Origin: an uncultured Melioribacteraceae bacterium
GTDB lineage: Bacteria > Bacteroidota > Ignavibacteria > Ignavibacteriales > Melioribacteraceae
Assembly: GCA_964469115.1 (NCBI GenBank)
Contig: CAYXXW010000001.1
Location: forward strand, 12,824-55,080
DNA length: 42,257 bases
Direction: 5' to 3'
Position numbers and translations under genes: made by a program
The notes under the pieces: model-generated
Databases searched by the model: none
Told to the model about the DNA's origin: nothing
What the model saw: only the letters and a program-made list of their open reading frames with translations
Shown here: positions 7,556-15,440 of the stretch, one piece after another
Numbering within the stretch: the first letter of the stretch is position 1
How the letters are laid out: each line of letters starts with the position of its first letter

Positions 7556-8653
7556 TTACATTATTACCAATTCAGCTGTTAACGCTCCGGCTTCTTTTAA
7601 TGCCTGGAATATTGCAATAATATCTCTTGGAGATACTTTAAGTGAATTCAGTGCCGCAGCAACTTCCTGAGCATTAGAAGCTCCCTCAATTGAATACGTA
7701 CTATTTTCGACTTCATCTTCATTTACATCAGGTACTTGATTATTAAACACAGTTGTCTGCCCTTGAGAGAAAGGCGATGGTTGAGAAATTATCGGAAAAG
7801 ATCTAATTTCAATATTTAAGCTTCCATGAGATATTGATACTGGTGAAATTTTAACATTTGAACCTGCAACAACGGTTCCGGTTCTTTCATTTAATACAAC
7901 TTTAGCAATAACATCCTTAATTACTTCAATAGATTCAATACGTGCTAGAAACTCAGTAAGGCTTGTTTGTCCATCGTTTGGAAGTGTTAATGCTATTTCT
8001 GCACCATCAACTAATGTTGCAATCTGAGTTCCAAAAGCGGTATTTATTGAGTCAGCAATAGTATTTGATGTAGTAAAATCCGGGTCTTTGAGAATAATGC
8101 TCAGTTCTTCTGGCACAAATCCTTCTTCCAAAATTGATCTTTCTAAAAGCCCTCCATTAGGAATTCTTCCGCTTAACGCGTGATTTTTAGCGATCCTTCC
8201 TCCAGAACTTGTGTTAATATCATAACCGCCAATCGAAACTGCTCCTTGGCACATAGCATAAACATCTCCGCTATGTTTTGAGAGAGGTGTCATTAACAAT
8301 GTGCCTCCCATCAAACTTTTCGCATCACCCATTGAAGCAACCGAGACATCAAACTCACTTCCCTCTTTTGAAAGATTGCTGACTTTCGCAGTAACCATAA
8401 CTGCTGCAACATTTCTGGTTCTTAAGTTTGTTTCCGGTACGGTTATACCAAATCTTTTTAGCATACTAGTAACCGATTGAACAGTAAATGTCGATCGATG
8501 ACTGTCTCCGGTTCCACTCAAACCGACTACCAACCCATAACCAATTAACTGTTCCGATGTTATACCTTTGAAGTAAGCAATATCTTTAATACGCTGAGCA
8601 AACAGCAAATTACTTACTAAGATTAGAACTATAAAATATTTTAATATCCTCAT
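7556..8653 (-). CDS. flgI: P-ring protein FlgI
   Basis: A signal peptide (MRILKYFIVLILVSNLLFAQ) is followed by RIKDIAYFKG..QLIGYGLVVGLSGTGD. The C terminus reads ...PRDIIAIFQALKEAGALTAELVIM. The ORF track start at 8695 overlaps flgH, so I prefer ATG 8653. Confidence 0.93.
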   Translation of the reverse strand: MRILKYFIVLILVSNLLFAQRIKDIAYFKGITSEQLIGYGLVVGLSGTGDSHRSTFTVQSVTSMLKRFGITVPETNLRTRNVAAVMVTAKVSNLSKEGSEFDVSVASMGDAKSLMGGTLLMTPLSKHSGDVYAMCQGAVSIGGYDINTSSGGRIAKNHALSGRIPNGGLLERSILEEGFVPEELSIILKDPDFTTSNTIADSINTAFGTQIATLVDGAEIALTLPNDGQTSLTEFLARIESIEVIKDVIAKVVLNERTGTVVAGSNVKISPVSISHGSLNIEIRSFPIISQPSPFSQGQTTVFNNQVPDVNEDEVENSTYSIEGASNAQEVAAALNSLKVSPRDIIAIFQALKEAGALTAELVIM

Positions 8654-8661
8654 TTTTCCCT

Positions 8662-9231
8662 CTAAAATAACCAATGAAATAATTTTGTTAACCAACCGGG
8701 ATCCTGCATATTTTTAATCTGACCGTCGCTTTGAAAAATAATCTCTGCTTCTGAAATATTGTATGAGTATACCGTATTCTCTGAAGAAATATCTGTGGTT
8801 CTAACAAGACCCTTGATAGTAATCATCTGCTCTTCATCATTTACAACAATCTTACGACTGCCTTTAATTCTCAACAATCCGTTTTCAAGCACTGAATCGA
8901 TTAGTGCACTCAACTTTGTTCTCACCATTCCTGAAGTTTTAGATGAACCGGAGCCTTTGAAATCGTTTCTTGATCCTAAGTCTAAATCGACATTTGGCAA
9001 AGCCGTATCATCGAGTCCGCCGGAAAAACCAAATCCAATGTCACTATCCCGTCCGGTTGATTTTGTTGCTGCATTAGAAGCTTGGGAGGATTCCACTACT
9101 ATTATTGTGATTGCATCACCAAGACTGACTGCTTTATAATCAGAGAATAGCGATCTAAAACCATTCTGAGTCATATTCTGTGCATTACTGAGCAATGGCA
9201 GTAATAAGAAAGCAATTATTAATTTTTTCAT
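8662..9231 (-). CDS. flgH: L-ring protein FlgH
   Basis: A signal peptide is followed by SLFSDYKAVSLGDAITIIVVESSQAS...SGSSKTSG...LLRIKGSRKIVVNDEEQMITIKGLVRTTDIS, a FlgH family pattern. Confidence 0.92.
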   Translation of the reverse strand: MKKLIIAFLLLPLLSNAQNMTQNGFRSLFSDYKAVSLGDAITIIVVESSQASNAATKSTGRDSDIGFGFSGGLDDTALPNVDLDLGSRNDFKGSGSSKTSGMVRTKLSALIDSVLENGLLRIKGSRKIVVNDEEQMITIKGLVRTTDISSENTVYSYNISEAEIIFQSDGQIKNMQDPGWLTKLFHWLF

Positions 9232-9234
9232 TTT

Positions 9235-9888
9235 TTACTCAATTATTTTAACTGTTGTATTGTTAACTACTAGTGCTTTAAAGAGTTTTTTATCATCTCT
9301 TTTTACTTTTATAATTCTTCCGGCTTCGCCCGAGGTGCGAGCCGTAACCGCAAATGTTATATTGACAGAATTATTGTTGTAAATTGCAATAACTCTATCA
9401 CCAACTCTTATATCCGGAATGTTCTCTATCATACTTTTTTGAAGAATTGAATTTTCAGCAATTCTAAACTTCGCTCTATAATTTGATAAGGAAGCAGAAA
9501 CATCGACAGGCTTAAATCTTAATGATGTTACTTCTTTTTCAACAATATTAAAATAGTTTGGATCTAAATTCTCTCTTTTATCAATTGTCCTATTATTCTG
9601 AAGAACATTTTTATATAATTTTAACCTTAGAGTTATTATAGAGTTTTTTCCGTTCTCCCCATAACCGGAAAACTTAACCGGCAAGTAGGCATAACTGCCT
9701 TCTACTTTTAAGTTTCTTGAATTATCAATACTGCACTTACTTAAATTCACTTTCTTCGGTGAAATTATCTGGTACTCGATTTTGTTGTAATCAGATAATC
9801 TTTTCTGTAAGTAATCAGCAATATCAATTTTTTCATTGCTGCCAAGTAAGATCAAAGAGAACAATATGTTAAATAGAGCTGTAATCAT
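9235..9888 (-). CDS. flgA: P-ring assembly chaperone FlgA
   Basis: It has an N-terminal signal/TM segment and a C-terminal SAF-like segment IRVGDRVIAIYNNNSVNITFAVTARTSGEAGRIIKVK. It sits between flgG and flgH. Confidence 0.8.
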   Translation of the reverse strand: MITALFNILFSLILLGSNEKIDIADYLQKRLSDYNKIEYQIISPKKVNLSKCSIDNSRNLKVEGSYAYLPVKFSGYGENGKNSIITLRLKLYKNVLQNNRTIDKRENLDPNYFNIVEKEVTSLRFKPVDVSASLSNYRAKFRIAENSILQKSMIENIPDIRVGDRVIAIYNNNSVNITFAVTARTSGEAGRIIKVKRDDKKLFKALVVNNTTVKIIE

Positions 9889-10686
9889 TTATCTTTTAAG
9901 GTTATTTGCAATTGACATCATTTCTTCAACGGTTTTTACCGTTTTGGAATTTATTTCATAAGCTCTTTGAGCAGAAATCATAGAGATCATTTCTTCAACT
10001 ACATCCACATTAGATGATTCAAGGTAACCTTGCTGAATTTCACCAAATCCTTCTATTCCTGGCTGACCTAAAATTGCGATTCCAGAGGAATCTGTTTCTG
10101 CATAGAGATTGTCACCAAGCGCTTTAAGTCCACCCGGATTAACAAACTTGGCTAACTCGATAGTTCCTAGTTCAATAGTTTCACCTCCAATTTCTTGCGC
10201 CGAAACAACACCATCTTTTGAAAACGTAAGACTTAGCACTTGTTCATTGATTGATAAACCAGGTTCAATTACATAACCGTCAGCAGTAACAAGCGATCCT
10301 TCCGATGATATTTTTAGAGAGCCATCTCTCGTATAAGCAAAATTACCGTCGGCTTTTCTTACCTGGAGAAAACCATCCCCGGAAATTGCGATATCCATTT
10401 GATGTCCGGTTTGCTGTAAATCTCCTTGTTGAAAAACTTTTTGCGTTGAAGATGTCTTAACACCGCTACCGATTTGAACTTTAGAATTTGTTTGTTCAAC
10501 AGTTCCCGGAATACTTTCTTGTTGAGGATTAGCAGAAATTTGCTGATAAATTAAATCTTTAAATTCTGCCCTACTCTTCTTAAAACTTGTAGTATTCATA
10601 TTTGCGATATTGTTCGATATTACTTGTATATTTAGCTGCTGGGCATACATTCCGGTTGCTGCAGTTCTTAATGCTCTTGTAGACAT
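9889..10686 (-). CDS. flgG: Distal rod protein FlgG
   Basis: The N terminus is MSTRALRTAATGMYAQQLNIQVISNNIANMNTTSFKKSRAEF. The C terminus is GYLESSNVDVVEEMISMISAQRAYEINSK. Confidence 0.95.
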   Translation of the reverse strand: MSTRALRTAATGMYAQQLNIQVISNNIANMNTTSFKKSRAEFKDLIYQQISANPQQESIPGTVEQTNSKVQIGSGVKTSSTQKVFQQGDLQQTGHQMDIAISGDGFLQVRKADGNFAYTRDGSLKISSEGSLVTADGYVIEPGLSINEQVLSLTFSKDGVVSAQEIGGETIELGTIELAKFVNPGGLKALGDNLYAETDSSGIAILGQPGIEGFGEIQQGYLESSNVDVVEEMISMISAQRAYEINSKTVKTVEEMMSIANNLKR

Positions 10687-10699
10687 TTATTTATCTCCT

Positions 10700-11407
10700 T
10701 TATACTTTTCCTAAATCTGATTCTTGACTCAATATTGAATCAAGCGATGTAATCATTTTTTGAGCAGCTTCATAATCTTTCTGAAGCTGAATCATTGCCT
10801 GCATTTCTAATATTGCATTCGTATTTGATGATTCTAAATAACCATGTTGAATTTCAAATTCATTATCTGTTGCAACTATATATTCTTTGTCTTCATTAAA
10901 AAATCTTTGACCTTCAGTTTTAGTTAACCTTTGTTCATCTGCTACTTTCATCATTTTTAATTTTGAGACAATTTTATCACCAGACTTTATTTCACCATTC
11001 TTAGTTATGGTTATATTTGCTTTTCTGCTAATTAATTCCTCTTGCAAATTGATTTCACCATTTTCGCCCATTACTCTAAAACCTTCTCTTGTTGCCAAGA
11101 ATCCTTGTGTATCAATCACAAAATCTCCGCTACGAGTAAGATGATCACCTTCCGGAGTTTTAACTGTGAAATATGCTTTGCCTGAAATAGCGGCATTTAG
11201 AGGATTACCGGTCTCTTCAAAAACACCTTCGGAAAAATCAGTTAACTTTCTTTGAATTGTAGCTTGTTCTTCATCAAACACTTCAGAAAAGGCTAAACCA
11301 CGCTTGAATGCAGTAGAATTTAGGTTCGCTAAATTATTAGCTACTATTTGAATATTTAAAACTTTATTACGCATTGCTGTTGCAGCATTTTCTAAAGACG
11401 GTTCCAT
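10700..11407 (-). CDS. flgF: Proximal rod protein FlgF
   Basis: The rod-family N terminus (IQIVANNLANLNSTAFKR) and C terminus (GYLESSNTNAILEMQAMIQLQKDYEA) are present. It is shorter than FlgG and lies directly upstream of it. Confidence 0.85.
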   Translation of the reverse strand: MEPSLENAATAMRNKVLNIQIVANNLANLNSTAFKRGLAFSEVFDEEQATIQRKLTDFSEGVFEETGNPLNAAISGKAYFTVKTPEGDHLTRSGDFVIDTQGFLATREGFRVMGENGEINLQEELISRKANITITKNGEIKSGDKIVSKLKMMKVADEQRLTKTEGQRFFNEDKEYIVATDNEFEIQHGYLESSNTNAILEMQAMIQLQKDYEAAQKMITSLDSILSQESDLGKV

Positions 11408-11408
11408 C

Positions 11409-11606
11409 TTATCCTTTTAATTCAGTTTGTTCATCAAATTTTTTGTTTTTGCATTTCATTAAATCAATAGTAAATTCTGACACTTCTTTTGATAATATTT
11501 TTATAATTCTATCTTCTTTAATTTGCGTCTCTAGTGATTTATTCAATATTCTGTTTTTACCATTAGTTATTTTATTTTTAACTGCATATTCAATAATTGA
11601 TTCCAT
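11409..11606 (-). CDS. Hypothetical 65-aa basic protein
   Basis: The ORF ends 1 nt before the flgF ATG and starts 25 nt after the orf383 stop. I recognise no family. Confidence 0.4.
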   Translation of the reverse strand: MESIIEYAVKNKITNGKNRILNKSLETQIKEDRIIKILSKEVSEFTIDLMKCKNKKFDEQTELKG

Positions 11607-11631
11607 AATGAAACAATCTCACTAACACATC

Positions 11632-12783
11632 TCACGATATTAGTTTGTTTAACTCCACATTTAGTTTTGAAGCTTTAGAATTATTTTTCACTTTACTATT
11701 AACTTTAACATCGGCATTAATTTCCCAATTACCTCTTAATCTATCTTCAATTGAAATAATTTCTTCTTTCTCGACCAAATTTTCCGGCAGATCAATATCA
11801 CCTGCAAAAAAATTATTTCTTATAATCCCTTTTAATTCAAAAGGAAGTGAATCACTACTAAAAATCACTTTGTAAGAAACCTTGTTATTAGTGTTAAATA
11901 ATTTCTTAACGCTATAATGAATAATCTCTAATTCATTATCTTTTTTAACAATAACAAAATCTGGATAGTAATCGTAATCTTTAAGAACAGATTTTTGGAG
12001 AATATACTTTGTGGAGTAAAGGATGTATTCCAATATAATTGCGGTATCTGCATTAGCGTTCGAATTTTGATACTCATTTAAGAGCTTTATAATCTCATAA
12101 AGACCTTTTGATTTATCGACCAATGATTTTGTGTTTTCATCTTTACGGTTATAAATTAATTTTTCACCAATTTGATGAGTAATATATTGGGGCAGATTAG
12201 AAAATAGAAGTTCATTAATTGCCTTAAACAAGTTTTCGCTTACCTCTTTAAAGGTTTCATTAAAAAGGTCACTGTATAGTTCATCAATAAATTGCTTATT
12301 CTTATCATTATTATTCCAAACAAGATTGATAACTAATGATAGCTCTAGTCCGTTAACCTTTATATATCTTAATAATTCAGTTAGCTGTACAAACTTCGAT
12401 TTTATTAGAATATTGCCTTCCTCAATAACCTTTAAAATTAACTTTCTATTAAATGAAGAATTCTTTAATTCAAATTTTTTAATTACCTCATCAAGCAATA
12501 CAGTGTTGTCCTTGCTTAACTCAGAGTTTAAAGTGAGAGAAAGAGTAAAAGGATTTGAACTCTGAACAATTGCTATTATTTCCTCTTTAATAGGAATTTT
12601 ACCTTCGATAAAGGCAATATACAGTTTACCATCAATCAATGCTTTAACGCCTTTTTCTAAAAACTCAATTGGTATAAGTTTAACAACAGAATTTTTGAGT
12701 GGCATATTTGGAGCAATACTTATAGAACTTCTAAGCTTTGTGATATTTTCAAGATTGATGATATTTCTAATTTCACTTTTCAT
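11632..12783 (-). CDS. Hypothetical 383-aa soluble protein, flagellar-operon embedded
   Basis: This long ORF fills the space in the operon frame, and its ATG overlaps the orf154 stop (ATGA). I see no signal peptide or TM segment and recognise no family. Confidence 0.6.
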   Translation of the reverse strand: MKSEIRNIINLENITKLRSSISIAPNMPLKNSVVKLIPIEFLEKGVKALIDGKLYIAFIEGKIPIKEEIIAIVQSSNPFTLSLTLNSELSKDNTVLLDEVIKKFELKNSSFNRKLILKVIEEGNILIKSKFVQLTELLRYIKVNGLELSLVINLVWNNNDKNKQFIDELYSDLFNETFKEVSENLFKAINELLFSNLPQYITHQIGEKLIYNRKDENTKSLVDKSKGLYEIIKLLNEYQNSNANADTAIILEYILYSTKYILQKSVLKDYDYYPDFVIVKKDNELEIIHYSVKKLFNTNNKVSYKVIFSSDSLPFELKGIIRNNFFAGDIDLPENLVEKEEIISIEDRLRGNWEINADVKVNSKVKNNSKASKLNVELNKLIS

Positions 12784-13244
12784 CTTGTTTGATTTTGTAG
12801 TTGTTGAATTTTGGCAGCTAAGAATAATTCACCTTTGGCAATTGATAACTTTTTAGCAGTTGATGTTATTGTTTTGCCTGTTAATCTCTTTTTCTCAATT
12901 GCGTTTGCCAGAGATTTTCTTCTTGAACTATTCTTATTTCTAACTGTTGGTTTAATTCTTTCATCTCTTATTGCACTAATATTTTTTTTATATCTGTTTG
13001 TATCAAATTTTTTGCTATCCGTTCTAGTTCTCTTCCAGTAAAACAATACCAAAACAAGAATTGCTAATTCACCAAAAACTACGCTGGTAGTTATAATTCT
13101 TTCAGAAGCACTATTTCCAAATATTGAACCGGTTTGCTCATTAGCTTCAACGACTTCAGCACTTTTTTTCATATCATAAGGTTTGCTTTGTGCCGAAAGC
13201 GTCAATGTTAATACAGTTAATATTAGAAATAGTATCTTTTTCAT
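12780..13244 (-). CDS. Hypothetical 154-aa bitopic membrane protein with a very basic cytoplasmic tail
   Basis: It has a signal peptide (MKKILFLILTVLTLTLSAQS) and one TM segment (VVFGELAILVLVLFYW), then a K/R-rich tail ending in the HTH-like GKTITSTAKKLSIAKGELFLAAKI. It has 4-nt overlaps with both neighbours. Confidence 0.6.
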   Translation of the reverse strand: MKKILFLILTVLTLTLSAQSKPYDMKKSAEVVEANEQTGSIFGNSASERIITTSVVFGELAILVLVLFYWKRTRTDSKKFDTNRYKKNISAIRDERIKPTVRNKNSSRRKSLANAIEKKRLTGKTITSTAKKLSIAKGELFLAAKIQQLQNQTR

Positions 13245-14539
13245 TTTCTTATTTTACGTTTTAATGGAAATGAAAGAACGAGTGCCGCTCCACTGTTTTC
13301 AAAGGAGCCAATTTCAAATTGACCTTCATGTTTTTTCATTAAATTTTTAATTATGCTTACTGATAAATTTTGCTGAACGTTATTATTTTTCGCTTTATTA
13401 GATGCGTCCACTTTATTCGTTGAAATAACTCTAAGTATTACATTATCATCTTTGAATCTTGTTTGAATAATAACGCCGCCTTTTTTAGTCTTACTATTCT
13501 TTATCAATGAAAATATATTTGTCAAAAGCTGATAAATATAATTTGGGTGACTTAAGATTGAAGGCAGATCATTCTCAAAATCTAGTATATATTCTAGGTT
13601 TGCGTTATCCAATGTTGATTTTACAAGAAAGAAATAATCATTAAGTATGCTGTTTATATTGCACGGTTGAATTTTTATGTCTTTCTGATTAACATTTGCA
13701 AACTTCACCAACCTTCCAACAACATTATTAATTTTTTTAATCTGAGATTTTATTTGAGTTAGTTCAATTTGTCTATCCAGCTCGTTATTAAGTATATCAA
13801 CATTGCTAGAAATTACTTGTAATGGTGTAACGATATCTTCCACAATACCTTCTGTCATTTCGCCTATTGCCGATAACCTAAAATCATTTGAAAGTTTTGC
13901 TTGGTATGTTTGCAGCTCTTCGTAAGTTTCATTTAGTTTTTCGGTGAGTTTTAATTTTTCCAGTTTTCCTAAAAGCATGTTCAAGAAAATATTAATACTC
14001 TTTTTCTCTAACTCAGAGATATTATTTTGGTCTAATGACGTAAGTAGAGCAAGTATTCCATAATTCTTTTTGTCATCATAAACCGGGAATATTAAGTAGA
14101 ACAATTTCGATCCGTTGCCATTATAGCTTTCCAGATCGGGGACCGTGATAGTTTTTCTATCTTCAAAAACTTCGCTGAAAATACCTTCTTTATTAAAATG
14201 ATTCATCTGCTGAACAATACTTAAATCGTCCTCTTCATCAAGAGGAATAAGCTCTCTATTAAAATCATCATAGAATAAAAGTTCAAGCCCTTTAACCGGT
14301 ATAATTCCTTTAACGTATCTTAAGAATCTTGAAGTAAGAATTTTAACATTTGTATCATGCTTAATTTCTTGTTCAAATGCCATCAAATTCTGGATGAAGT
14401 AGGAATACTTTTCGAGCATCTTTAAGTCATTTGAATCAGTTATAGAATGAACATTTTCTCTACTGTTATAAAGAGATAAATCGCTAATAGATTTATATAA
14501 AGGTTCAGCCCTTAAGGTATTTTCTTTGTGCAGTATCAT
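13241..14539 (-). CDS. Degenerate (likely phospho-dead) histidine-kinase-like protein with an N-terminal GAF-like region
   Basis: The DHp helix LSAIGEMTEGIVEDIVTPLQVISSNVDIL aligns to the ..GEmaAgiAHEIrNPL.. H-box, but Glu234 (codon 13838-13840) replaces His. The N-box Asn is kept (QLLTNIFSLIKNS). G1 (DxGxG becomes ISTNKVD) and G2 (GxGLGL becomes QQNLSVSI) are eroded. There is no TM segment. Confidence 0.7.
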   Translation of the reverse strand: MILHKENTLRAEPLYKSISDLSLYNSRENVHSITDSNDLKMLEKYSYFIQNLMAFEQEIKHDTNVKILTSRFLRYVKGIIPVKGLELLFYDDFNRELIPLDEEDDLSIVQQMNHFNKEGIFSEVFEDRKTITVPDLESYNGNGSKLFYLIFPVYDDKKNYGILALLTSLDQNNISELEKKSINIFLNMLLGKLEKLKLTEKLNETYEELQTYQAKLSNDFRLSAIGEMTEGIVEDIVTPLQVISSNVDILNNELDRQIELTQIKSQIKKINNVVGRLVKFANVNQKDIKIQPCNINSILNDYFFLVKSTLDNANLEYILDFENDLPSILSHPNYIYQLLTNIFSLIKNSKTKKGGVIIQTRFKDDNVILRVISTNKVDASNKAKNNNVQQNLSVSIIKNLMKKHEGQFEIGSFENSGAALVLSFPLKRKIRK

Positions 14540-15414
14540 TATGAGAATAAGTCCGAGTCAATTTCTTCACTAAATAGTTCTCTATAGCTTTCAACAAATG
14601 AATCTATTTCTTCCTCGTTGCCAATACCTAAAATTTCTAAAACTGATGTATCTAACTCCATACCTCTATCCATGTAGTATCCGCCAATTTCAAGTTTTTG
14701 AGTCATAAAATCGACTAAATGCACAATTGAAGTAAGCACATCTTTTTCCGGAGCATCACTTGGCTTATGATGATATAATATTGAGGTTGCTAAATGATCA
14801 GGCAAACTCCATTTTTGAGATAAGAAGTTTCCAATTTCTTGATGATCCATACCCAAGTATTTCTTTTCAACTTCAAGTACCGAAGTATCACCTGAGTTAA
14901 ATTCATCAACAATTTCTTGAAATTCATTCTTAAAGAATTTATGCATAACAGGTATTCCTAAATCATGCAGTAATCCGACAACAAAAGCTTCGCTGCCAAT
15001 TCTAAATCCTAAATCTTCCGCAACTCTTTTGCATGCAGTACCGGCTAACATTGAGTGCATCCAAAATGAATTTTGATCTAGATACTTATCAGATTTGTTT
15101 CTAAAAGAATCTACCATTGTTAATGCAACTACAATATTTTTAATATCTTGGTAGCCAATAATTAAAATTGCAAAATCGATTGTTGATACTTTTCTTGTCA
15201 AACCATATAATGGTGAATTCGCAATTGACAGAATTTTTGTTGATAGACCTTGGTCCTTTCCAATTATTTTGCTTAATGCCGATGTGTTGGTGGAAGGATC
15301 ATCAAGTAATGTTGATACTTCCAGCATTGTTGTTGACATTGCAGGCAGATTGTAGACGTTAGACAAAGCATGTTCCGATTTTTGTCTTTTTTCTTGGTTG
15401 ATTTGTTCTTCCAT
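14539..15414 (-). CDS. HDOD-domain protein (paralog B)
   Basis: HDOD motifs are present: LPAMSTTMLEVSTLLDDPSTNTSALSKIIGKDQGLSTKILSIANSPLYG, LLHDLGIP and LYHHKP. Its stop shares 1 nt with the next ATG. Confidence 0.85.
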   Translation of the reverse strand: MEEQINQEKRQKSEHALSNVYNLPAMSTTMLEVSTLLDDPSTNTSALSKIIGKDQGLSTKILSIANSPLYGLTRKVSTIDFAILIIGYQDIKNIVVALTMVDSFRNKSDKYLDQNSFWMHSMLAGTACKRVAEDLGFRIGSEAFVVGLLHDLGIPVMHKFFKNEFQEIVDEFNSGDTSVLEVEKKYLGMDHQEIGNFLSQKWSLPDHLATSILYHHKPSDAPEKDVLTSIVHLVDFMTQKLEIGGYYMDRGMELDTSVLEILGIGNEEEIDSFVESYRELFSEEIDSDLFS

Positions 15415-15440
15415 GTTTTTACTATCCTTATGATATGAAA

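Noticed and set aside
8654-8695. 14-codon N-terminal extension of flgI (MVNKIISLVILEGK) overlapping the flgH 3' end.
   Set aside because: The internal ATG at 8653 yields a canonical signal peptide directly (MRILKYFIVLILVSNLLFAQ) and removes the overlap. The extension would bury the signal peptide.
13869-13876. Exact GCCGATAA (sigma-28 -10 consensus) on the plus strand.
   Set aside because: It lies inside the kinase-like gene and is antisense to all genes. It has no TAAA -35 element at the N15 spacing and no plus-strand gene downstream. It simply encodes the LSAIG residues on the other strand.
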